From the human T2T-CHM13v2.0 reference genome, Homo sapiens: a stretch of DNA of 64,000 bases. The notes below the pieces were generated by a model. It ran no database searches and was not told the origin of the DNA. It was given only the letters and a program-made list of their open reading frames with translations. Positions 53,301-64,000 of this stretch are shown one piece after another. The stretch lies in NCBI RefSeq assembly GCF_009914755.1, contig NC_060927.1; one strand, given 5' to 3'. The position numbers and the translations under genes were made by a program. How positions within the stretch are numbered: position 1 is the first letter of the stretch; each line of letters opens with the position of its first letter.

Positions 53301-55212
53301 GTGAGTTGAACGCAAACATCACAAAGTAGTTTCTGAGAATGACTCCGTCTAGTTTTTATACGAAGATATTTCCTTTTCTACCATTCACTTCAAAGCGCTT
53401 GAAGTCTCCCCCTGAAAATTCCACAAAAAGTGTTTCCAATCTGCTCCGCCTAAAGGAAGCTTCAACTCTGTGAGTTGAATACCCACAACCCAAAGAAGTT
53501 ACTGAGAATTCTTCTGTCTAGCACTATATGAAGAAATCCCGTTTCCAACGAAGGCCTCAAATACATCCAAATATCCAGTTGCTGACTTTACAAACTGAGT
53601 GTTTCCAAACTGCTCTATGAAAAGAAAGGTTAAACACTGTGAGTTGAACACACACGTACCAAAGTAGTTTCTGAGAATGATTCTGTCTAGTTTGCATACG
53701 AAGATATTTCCTTTTCTACCATTGGCCTCAAAGCTTTGAAATCTCCACTTGCAAATTCCACAAAAAGAGAGTTTCAACTCTGCTGTTTCTAAAGGAAAGT
53801 TCAACTCTGAGAGTTGAATACACACCAGAAAAAGCAGTTACTGAGAAGTCTTCTGTCTAGCATTATATGAAGAAATCCCATTTCCAACGAAGACTTCAAA
53901 GAGGTCCAAATATCCACTTGCAGATTCTGCAAAAAGAGTGTTTCGAAACAACTGTATGAAAAGAAAGGTTAAACACTGTGAGTTGAACGCACACATTGCA
54001 AAGCAGTTTCTGAGAATGATTCCGTCTAATTATTATACGAAGGTATTTCCTTTTCTATCATTGGCCTCAAAGCGCTTGATACCTCCACCTGAAAATTCCA
54101 CAAAAAGAGTGTTTCCAATCTACTCTGTCTAAAGGAACGTTCAACTCTGTGAGTTGAATACACACACACAGAAAGAATTCACTGAGAATTCTTCTGTCTG
54201 GCATTACATGAAGAAATCCCGTTTCCAACGAAGGCCTCAAAGAGGTCCAAATATCCACTTGCAGATTCTGCAAAAAGAGTGTTTCAAAACCGCTCCATTA
54301 AAAGGAATGTTGAACTCTGTGAGTTGAATGCAAACATCACAACTCAGTTTCTGAGAATGCTTCTGACTAGATTTTATGGTAAGATATTTCCTTTTCTACC
54401 GTAGGCTTCAATGCCCTGTAAACACACCCTTGCAAATTCTACAAAGAGACTGCTTCATAACTGCTCTATAGGAGGAAAGGTTCAACTCTGTGAGTTGAAT
54501 GCAGAGATCACAACGTGGTTTCTGCGAATGATTCTTTGTAGTTTTTACATGAAGATATTTCGTTGTCTACCGTAGGCTTCAAAGCACTCAAAGTATTCAC
54601 TTGGAACTTTCACAAAAAGAGTGTTAGAAAACTGCTCTTTCCAAAGTAAGGTTCAACTCTGTGAGTTGAATGCACACATAACAAACAAGAAGTTTCTGAG
54701 AATTCTTCTGTCCTGGTTTATATGAAGAAATCCCGTTTCCAACGAAGGCCTCAAAGACGTTTAAATATCCACTTGCAGACTTCACAAACAGAGTGTTTCC
54801 AAACTGCTCTATGAAAAGAAAGGGTAAACACTGTGAGTTGAACGCACACCTCACAAAGTAGTTTCTGAGAATGATACTGTCTAGTTTTTATACGAAGATA
54901 TTTCCTTTTGTACCATTGGCCTCATACTGCTAGAATTTTCCACTTGCAAATTCCACAAAAAGAGTGTTTCCAATCTGCTCTGTCTAAAGGAAGGTTCAAC
55001 TCTGTGAGTTGAGTACACACACACAAAGAAGCTACTGAGAATTCTTTTGTCAAGAATTATAAGAAGAAATCCCGTTTCCAACCAAGGCCTCAAAGAGTTC
55101 CAAATATCCACTTGCACACTGCACAAACTAAGTCTTTCCATACTGCTCTATGCAAAGAAATGTTCAACTCTGTGAGTTTAATACACACATCACAAAGCAG
55201 TTTCTGAGAATG
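23395..55212. repeat. Eleven tandem 17-mer HOR copies (U10-U20; U16 and U18 are 2895 bp)
   Basis: Marker ORF from 23908 to 55726 in steps of 2892, except 41260 to 44155 and 47047 to 49942 (2895). Confidence 0.96.
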
Positions 55213-57765
55213 ATACTGTCTAGTTTTTATACGAAGATATTTCCTTTTGTACCATTGGCCTCATACTGCTAGAATTTTCCACTTGCAAATTCCACAAAAA
55301 GAGTGTTTCCAATCCGCTCTGTCTAAAGGAAGGTTCAACTCTCTGATTTGAATACATACATCCCAAAAGAAGTTACTGAGAATTCTTCTGTCTAGCATTA
55401 TGTGAAGAAATCCCGTTTCCAACGAAAGCCTCAAAGAGGCCCAAATATCCAGTTGCAGCATTTACAAACTGACTGTTTCCAAACTCATCTATGAAAAGAA
55501 AGGTTAAACTCTGTGAGTTGAATGCACATATCACAAAGTAGTTCCTGAGAATGATTCTGTCTAGTTTTTATACGAAGATATTTCCTTTTCCACCAATGGC
55601 CTCAAAGTGCTTGAAATCTCCCCTTGCAAATTCCACAGACAAGTGTCTCAAATCTGCACTGTCTAAAGGAAGGTTCAACCCTGTGAGTTGAATACACACA
55701 CACAGAAAAAAATTCACTGAGAATTCTATTGTCTATCATTACACGAAGAAATCCCGTTTACTACGAAGGCCTCAAAGAGGTCCAAATATCCAGCTGCAGA
55801 CATTACAAACTGAGTGTTTCCAAAGTGCTCTATGAAAAGAAGTGTTAAACACTGTGAGTTCAATGCACACATCCCAAAGCAGTTTCTGAGAATGATTCCG
55901 TCTATTTTTTCTACGAAGATATTTCCTTTTCTACCGTTGGCCTCAAAGCGCTTGAAATCTCCACTTGCAAATTCCACAAAAAGAGAGTTTCAAATCTGCT
56001 CTGTCTAAAGGAAGGTTCAACTCTGTGAGTTGAATACACACCACAAAAAGAAGTTACTGAGAATTCTTCTGTCTAGCATTATATGAAAAATCCCGTTTCC
56101 AACGAAGGCCACAAAGAGGTCCAAATATCCACTTGCAGATTCTGCAAAAAGAGTGTTTCCAAACTGCTCTATGAAAAGAAACGTTAAACTCTGTGAGTTG
56201 AACGCAAACATCACAAAGTAGTTTCTGAGAATGACTCCGTCTAGTTTTTATACGAAGATATTTCCTTTTCTACCATTCACTTCAAAGCGCTTGAAGTCTC
56301 CCCCTGAAAATTCCACAAAAAGTGTTTCCAATCTGCTCCGCCTAAAGGAAGCTTCAACTCTGTGAGTTGAATACCCACAACCCAAAGAAGTTACTGAGAA
56401 TTCTTCTGTCTAGCACTATATGAAGAAATCCCGTTTCCAACGAAGGCCTCAAATACATCCAAATATCCAGTTGCTGACTTTACAAACTGAGTGTTTCCAA
56501 ACTGCTCTATGAAAAGAAAGGTTAAACACTGTGAGTTGAACACACACGTACCAAAGTAGTTTCTGAGAATGATTCTGTCTAGTTTGCATACGAAGATATT
56601 TCCTTTTCTACCATTGGCCTCAAAGCTTTGAAATCTCCACTTGCAAATTCCACAAAAAGAGAGTTTCAACTCTGCTGTTTCTAAAGGAAAGTTCAACTCT
56701 GAGAGTTGAATACACACCAGAAAAAGCAGTTACTGAGAAGTCTTCTGTCTAGCATTATATGAAGAAATCCCATTTCCAACGAAGACTTCAAAGAGGTCCA
56801 AATATCCACTTGCAGATTCTGCAAAAAGAGTGTTTCGAAACAACTGTATGAAAAGAAAGGTTAAACACTGTGAGTTGAACGCACACATTGCAAAGCAGTT
56901 TCTGAGAATGATTCCGTCTAATTATTATACGAAGGTATTTCCTTTTCTATCATTGGCCTCAAAGCGCTTGATACCTCCACCTGAAAATTCCACAAAAAGA
57001 GTGTTTCCAATCTACTCTGTCTAAAGGAACGTTCAACTCTGTGAGTTGAATACACACACACAGAAAGAATTCACTGAGAATTCTTCTGTCTGGCATTACA
57101 TGAAGAAATCCCGTTTCCAACGAAGGCCTCAAAGAGGTCCAAATATCCACTTGCAGATTCTGCAAAAAGAGTGTTTCAAAACCGCTCCATTAAAAGGAAT
57201 GTTGAACTCTGTGAGTTGAATGCAAACATCACAACTCAGTTTCTGAGAATGCTTCTGACTAGATTTTATGGTAAGATATTTCCTTTTCTACCGTAGGCTT
57301 CAATGCCCTCTAAATACACCCTTGCAAATTCTACAAAGAGACTGCTTCATAACTGCTCTATAGGAGGAAAGGTTCAACTCTGTGAGTTGAATGCAGAGAT
57401 CACAACGTGGTTTCTGCGAATGATTCTTTGTAGTTTTTACATGAAGATATTTCGTTGTCTACCGTAGGCTTCAAAGCACTCAAAGTATTCACTTGGAACT
57501 TTTACAAAAAGAGTGTTAGAAAACTGCTCTTTCCAAAGTAAGGTTCAACTCTGTGAGTTGAATGCACACATAACAAACAAGAAGTTTCTGAGAATTCTTC
57601 TGTCCTGGTTTATATGAAGAAATCCCGTTTCCAACGAAGGCCTCAAAGACGTTTAAATATCCACTTGCAGACTTCACAAACAGAGTGTTTCCAAACTGCT
57701 CTATGAAAAGAAAGGGTAAACACTGTGAGTTGAACGCACACATCACAAAGTAGTTTCTGAGAATG
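55213..57765. repeat. Isolated 15-mer HOR copy (U21) within the 17-mer block
   Basis: Marker step 55726 to 58279 = 2553; no optional dimer at 57766. Confidence 0.96.
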
Positions 57766-60700
57766 ATACTGTCTAGTTTTTATACGAAGATATTTCCTTT
57801 TGTACCATTGGCCTCATACTGCTAGAGTTTTCCACTTGCAAATTCCACAAAAAGAGTGTTTCCAATCCGCTCTGTCTAAAGGAAGGTTCAACTCTCTGAT
57901 TTGAATACATACATCCCAAAAGAAGTTACTGAGAATTCTTCTGTCTAGCATTATGTGAAGAAATCCCGTTTCCAACGAAAGCCTCAAAGAGGCCCAAATA
58001 TCCAGTTGCAGCATTTACAAACTGACTGTTTCCAAACTCATCTATGAAAAGAAAGGTTAAACTCTGTGAGTTGAATGCACATATCACAAAGTAGTTCCTG
58101 AGAATGATTCTGTCTAGTTTTTATACGAAGATATTTCCTTTTCCACCAATGGCCTCAAAGTGCTTGAAATCTCCCCTTGCAAATTCCACAGACAAGTGTC
58201 TCAAATCTGCACTGTCTAAAGGAAGGTTCAACCCTGTGAGTTGAATACACACACACAGAAAAAAATTCACTGAGAATTCTATTGTCTATCATTACACGAA
58301 GAAATCCCGTTTACTACGAAGGCCTCAAAGAGGTCCAAATATCCAGCTGCAGACATTACAAACTGAGTGTTTCCAAAGTGCTCTATGAAAAGAAGTGTTA
58401 AACACTGTGAGTTCAATGCACACATCCCAAAGCAGTTTCTGAGAATGATTCCGTCTATTTTTTCTACGAAGATATTTCCTTTTCTACCGTTGGCCTCAAA
58501 GCGCTTGAAATCTCCACTTGCAAATTCCACAAAAAGAGAGTTTCAAATCTGCTCTGTCTAAAGGAAGGTTCAACTCTGTGAGTTGAATACACACCACAAA
58601 AAGAAGTTACTGAGAATTCTTCTGTCTAGCATTATATGAAAAATCCCGTTTCCAACGAAGGCCACAAAGAGGTCCAAATATCCACTTGCAGATTCTGCAA
58701 AAAGAGTGTTTCCAAACTGCTCTATGAAAAGAAACGTTAAACTCTGTGAGTTGAACGCAAACATCACAAAGTAGTTTCTGAGAATGACTCCGTCTAGTTT
58801 TTATACGAAGATATTTCCTTTTCTACCATTCACTTCAAAGCGCTTGAAGTCTCCCCCTGAAAATTCCACAAAAAGTGTTTCCAATCTGCTCCGCCTAAAG
58901 GAAGCTTCAACTCTGTGAGTTGAATACCCACAACCCAAAGAAGTTACTGAGAATTCTTCTGTCTAGCACTATATGAAGAAATCCCGTTTCCAACGAAGGC
59001 CTCAAATACATCCAAATATCCAGTTGCTGACTTTACAAACTGAGTGTTTCCAAACTGCTCTATGAAAAGAAAGGTTAAACACTGTGAGTTGAACACACAC
59101 GTACCAAAGTAGTTTCTGAGAATGATTCTGTCTAGTTTGCATACGAAGATATTTCCTTTTCTACCATTGGCCTCAAAGCTTTGAAATCTCCACTTGCAAA
59201 TTCCACAAAAAGAGAGTTTCAACTCTGCTGTTTCTAAAGGAAAGTTCAACTCTGAGAGTTGAATACACACCAGAAAAAGCAGTTACTGAGAAGTCTTCTG
59301 TCTAGCATTATATGAAGAAATCCCATTTCCAACGAAGACTTCAAAGAGGTCCAAATATCCACTTGCAGATTCTGCAAAAAGAGTGTTTCGAAACAACTGT
59401 ATGAAAAGAAAGGTTAAACACTGTGAGTTGAACGCACACATTGCAAAGCAGTTTCTGAGAATGATTCCGTCTAATTATTATACGAAGGTATTTCCTTTTC
59501 TATCATTGGCCTCAAAGCGCTTGATACCTCCACCTGAAAATTCCACAAAAAGAGTGTTTCCAATCTACTCTGTCTAAAGGAACGTTCAACTCTGTGAGTT
59601 GAATACACACACACAGAAAGAATTCACTGAGAATTCTTCTGTCTGGCATTACATGAAGAAATCCCGTTTCCAACGAAGGCCTCAAAGAGGTCCAAATATC
59701 CACTTGCAGATTCTGCAAAAAGAGTGTTTCAAAACCGCTCCATTAAAAGGAATGTTGAACTCTGTGAGTTGAATGCAAACATCACAACTCAGTTTCTGAG
59801 AATGCTTCTGACTAGATTTTATGGTAAGATATTTCCTTTTCTACCGTAGGCTTCAATGCCCTCTAAATACACCCTTGCAAATTCTACAAAGAGACTGCTT
59901 CATAACTGCTCTATAGGAGGAAAGGTTCAACTCTGTGAGTTGAATGCAGAGATCACAACGTGGTTTCTGCGAATGATTCTTTGTAGTTTTTACATGAAGA
60001 TATTTCGTTGTCTACCGTAGGCTTCAAAGCACTCAAAGTATTCACTTGGAACTTTCACAAAAAGAGTGTTAGAAAACTGCTCTTTCCAAAGTAAGGTTCA
60101 ACTCTGTGAGTTGAATGCACACATAACAAACAAGAAGTTTCTGAGAATTCTTCTGTCCTGGTTTATATGAAGAAATCCCGTTTCCAACGAAGGCCTCAAA
60201 GACGTTTAAATATCCACTTGCAGACTTCACAAACAGAGTGTTTCCAAACTGCTCTATGAAAAGAAAGGGTAAACACTGTGAGTTGAACGCACACATCACA
60301 AAGTAGTTTCTGAGAATGATACTGTCTAGTTTTTATACGAAGATATTTCCTTTTGTACCATTGGCCTCATACTGCTAGAATTTTCCACTTGCAAATTCCA
60401 CAAAAAGAGTGTTTCCAATCTGCTCTGTCTAAAGGAAGGTTCAACTCTGTGAGTTGAGTACACACACACAAAGAAGCTACTGAGAATTCTTTTGTCAAGA
60501 ATTATAAGAAGAAATCCCGTTTCCAACCAAGGCCTCAAAGAGTTCCAAATATCCACTTGCACACTGCACAAACTAAGTCTTTCCATACTGCTCTATGCAA
60601 AGAAATGTTCAAATCTGTGAGTTTAATACACACATCACAAAGCAGTTTCTGAGAATGATACTGTCTAGTTTTTATACGAAGATATTTCCTTTTGTACCAT

Positions 60701-63700
60701 TGGCCTCATACTGCTAGAATTTTCCACTTGCAAATTCCACAAAAAGAGTGTTTCCAATCCGCTCTGTCTAAAGGAAGGTTCAACTCTCTGATTTGAATAC
60801 ATACATCCCAAAAGAAGTTACTGAGAATTCTTCTGTCTAGCATTATGTGAAGAAATCCCGTTTCCAACGAAAGCCTCAAAGAGGCCCAAATATCCAGTTG
60901 CAGCATTTACAAACTGACTGTTTCCAAACTCATCTATGAAAAGAAAGGTTAAACTCTGTGAGTTGAATGCACATATCACAAAGTAGTTCCTGAGAATGAT
61001 TCTGTCTAGTTTTTATACGAAGATATTTCCTTTTCCACCAATGGCCTCAAAGTGCTTTAAATCTCCCCTTGCAAATTCCACAGACAAGTGTCTCAAATCT
61101 GCACTGTCTAAAGGAAGGTTCAACCCTGTGAGTTGAATACACACACACAGAAAAAAATTCACTGAGAATTCTATTGTCTATCATTACACGAAGAAATCCC
61201 GTTTACTACGAAGGCCTCAAAGAGGTCCAAATATCCAGCTGCAGACATTACAAACTGAGTGTTTCCAAAGTGCTCTATGAAAAGAAGTGTTAAACACTGT
61301 GAGTTCAATGCACACATCCCAAAGCAGTTTCTGAGACTGATTCCGTCTATTTTTTCTACGAAGATATTTCCTTTTCTACCGTTGGCCTCAAAGCGCTTGA
61401 AATCTCCACTTGCAAATTCCACAAAAAGAGAGTTTCAAATCTGCTCTGTCTAAAGGAAGGTTCAACTCTGTGAGTTGAATACACACCACAAAAAGAAGTT
61501 ACTGAGAATTCTTCTGTCTAGCATTATATGAAAAATCCCGTTTCCAACGAAGGCCACAAAGAGGTCCAAATATCCACTTGCAGATTCTGCAAAAAGAGTG
61601 TTTCCAAACTGCTCTATGAAAAGAAACGTTAAACTCTGTGAGTTGAACGCAAACATCACAAAGTAGTTTCTGAGAATGACTCCGTCTAGTTTTTATACGA
61701 AGATATTTCCTTTTCTACCATTCACTTCAAAGCGCTTGAAGTCTCCCCCTGAAAATTCCACAAAAAGTGTTTCCAATCTGCTCCGCCTAAAGGAAGCTTC
61801 AACTCTGTGAGTTGAATACCCACAACCCAAAGAAGTTACTGAGAATTCTTCTGTCTAGCACTATATGAAGAAATCCCGTTTCCAACGAAGGCCTCAAATA
61901 CATCCAAATATCCAGTTGCTGACTTTACAAACTGAGTGTTTCCAAACTGCTCTATGAAAAGAAAGGTTAAACACTGTGAGTTGAACACACACGTACCAAA
62001 GTAGTTTCTGAGAATGATTCTGTCTAGTTTGCATACGAAGATATTTCCTTTTCTACCATTGGCCTCAAAGCTTTGAAATCTCCACTTGCAAATTCCACAA
62101 AAAGAGAGTTTCAACTCTGCTGTTTCTAAAGGAAAGTTCAACTCTGAGAGTTGAATACACACCAGAAAAAGCAGTTACTGAGAAGTCTTCTGTCTAGCAT
62201 TATATGAAGAAATCCCATTTCCAACGAAGACTTCAAAGAGGTCCAAATATCCACTTGCAGATTCTGCAAAAAGAGTGTTTCGAAACAACTGTATGAAAAG
62301 AAAGGTTAAACACTGTGAGTTGAACGCACACATTGCAAAGCAGTTTCTGAGAATGATTCCGTCTAATTATTATACGAAGGTATTTCCTTTTCTATCATTG
62401 GCCTCAAAGCGCTTGATACCTCCACCTGAAAATTCCACAAAAAGAGTGTTTCCAATCTACTCTGTCTAAAGGAACGTTCAACTCTGTGAGTTGAATACAC
62501 ACACACAGAAAGAATTCACTGAGAATTCTTCTGTCTGGCATTACATGAAGAAATCCCGTTTCCAACGAAGGCCTCAAAGAGGTCCAAATATCCACTTGCA
62601 GATTCTGCAAAAAGAGGGTTTCAAAACCGCTCCATTAAAAGGAATGTTGAACTCTGTGAGTTGAATGCAAACATCACAACTCAGTTTCTGAGAATGCTTC
62701 TGACTAGATTTTATGGTAAGATATTTCCTTTTCTACCGTAGGCTTCAATGCCCTCTAAATACACCCTTGCAAATTCTACAAAGAGACTGCTTCATAACTG
62801 CTCTATAGGAGGAAAGGTTCAACTCTGTGAGTTGAATGCAGAGATCACAACGTGGTTTCTGCGAATGATTCTTTGTAGTTTTTACATGAAGATATTTCGT
62901 TGTCTACCGTAGGCTTCAAAGCACTCAAAGTATTCACTTGGAACTTTCACAAAAAGAGTGTTAGAAAACTGCTCTTTCCAAAGTAAGGTTCAACTCTGTG
63001 AGTTGAATGCACACATAACAAACAAGAAGTTTCTGAGAATTCTTCTGTCCTGGTTTATATGAAGAAATCCCGTTTCCAACGAAGGCCTCAAAGACGTTTA
63101 AATATCCACTAGCAGACTTCACAAACAGAGTGTTTCCAAACTGCTCTATGAAAAGAAAGGGTAAACACTGTGAGTTGAACGCACACATCACAAAGTAGTT
63201 TCTGAGAATGATACTGTCTAGTTTTTATACGAAGATATTTCCTTTTGTACCATTGGCCTCATACTGCTAGAATTTTCCACTTGCAAATTCCACAAAAAGA
63301 GTGTTTCCAATCTGCTCTGTCTAAAGGAAGGTTCAACTCTGTGAGTTGAGTACACACACACACAAAGAAGCTACTGAGAATTCTTTTGTCAAGAATTATA
63401 AGAAGAAATCCCGTTTCCAACCAAGGCCTCAAAGAGTTCCAAATATCCACTTGCACACTGCACAAACTAAGTCTTTCCATACTGCTCTATGCAAAGAAAT
63501 GTTCAAATCTGTGAGTTTAATACACACATCACAAAGCAGTTTCTGAGAATGATACTGTCTAGTTTTTATACGAAGATATTTCCTTTTGTACCATTGGCCT
63601 CATACTGCTAGAATTTTCCACTTGCAAATTCCACAAAAAGAGTGTTTCCAATCCGCTCTGTCTAAAGGAAGGTTCAACTCTCTGATTTGAATACATACAT

Positions 63701-64000
63701 CCCAAAAGAAGTTACTGAGAATTCTTCTGTCTAGCATTATGTGAAGAAATCCCGTTTCCAACGAAAGCCTCAAAGAGGCCCAAATATCCAGTTGCAGCAT
63801 TTACAAACTGACTGTTTCCAAACTCATCTATGAAAAGAAAGGTTAAACTCTGTGAGTTGAATGCACATATCACAAAGTAGTTCCTGAGAATGATTCTGTC
63901 TAGTTTTTATACGAAGATATTTCCTTTTCCACCAATGGCCTCAAAGTGCTTGAAATCTCCCCTTGCAAATTCCACAGACAAGTGTCTCAAATCTGCACTG
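57766..64000. repeat. Two 17-mer copies (U22 2892 bp, U23 2894 bp) and the start of U24
   Basis: Steps 58279 to 61171 = 2892 and 60706 to 63600 = 2894; dimers at 60319 and 63211. Confidence 0.95.

Larger units (their letters stand above)
1..64000. repeat. Centromeric alpha-satellite higher-order repeat array (15-mer/17-mer), probably human chromosome 3 D3Z1 (S01/1C3H1L)
   Basis: Alphoid motifs (CTCTGTGAGTTGAA, GTTTCTGAGAATG, TGTCTAGTTTTTATACGAAGATATTTCC, TCCCGTTTCCAACGAAG) recur every ~170 bp across the window. The ORF track recurs at spacings of 2553, 2892, 2894 or 2895 bp. The alpha-satellite call is near-certain. The chr3 assignment (~0.85) rests on recalled knowledge that D3Z1 is a ~2.9-kb 17-mer. 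Confidence 0.98.

Noticed and set aside
127-63800. Recurring 64-108 aa ORFs on both strands
   Set aside because: They are translations of alpha-satellite monomers. They repeat with the HOR period, overlap on opposite strands, resemble each other, and appear or vanish with single SNVs or indels. No recognisable domains.
1-64000. CRISPR-like or other repeat-spacer system
   Set aside because: Sequence between conserved motifs is itself homologous monomer sequence; there are no unique spacers and no associated genes.
1-64000. Transposon insertion (L1/Alu), inversion or non-alphoid island
   Set aside because: Unit spacings account for every base (2553, 2892, 2894, 2895), orientation never changes, and there are no poly-A tails or target-site duplications.

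Overview
The whole window is uninterrupted primate centromeric alpha-satellite (~171-bp monomers, one orientation, CENP-B boxes on the - strand) arranged as a very homogeneous higher-order repeat (HOR). There are 23 complete HOR copies plus partial copies at both ends. Fourteen are 17-mers (2892 bp; two are 2895 bp, one is 2894 bp) and nine are 15-mers (2553 bp) that lack one 339-bp dimer. A ~2.9-kb 17-mer of mostly dimeric SF1-type monomers with one phase break matches what I recall of the human chr3 active array D3Z1 (S01/1C3H1L); I could not confirm this by search. I see no genes, RNA genes, transposon insertions or CRISPR array, and all ORFs in the track are satellite artefacts. I found no new biological system. 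The interesting signal is the array's internal history: a 116-bp internal direct repeat that explains the 15/17-mer switch, two-unit super-repeats (5784 and 5787 bp), short patches shared between copies 25-50 kb apart, a SNV-dense foreign tract, and CENP-B box turnover. Unit starts used throughout: U1 79, U2 2632, U3 5185, U4 7738, U5 10291, U6 12844, U7 15736, U8 18289, U9 20842, U10 23395, U11 26287, U12 29179, U13 32071, U14 34963, U15 37855, U16 40747, U17 43642, U18 46534, U19 49429, U20 52321, U21 55213, U22 57766, U23 60658, U24 63552 (partial). SNVs were read by eye, so some may be missed.
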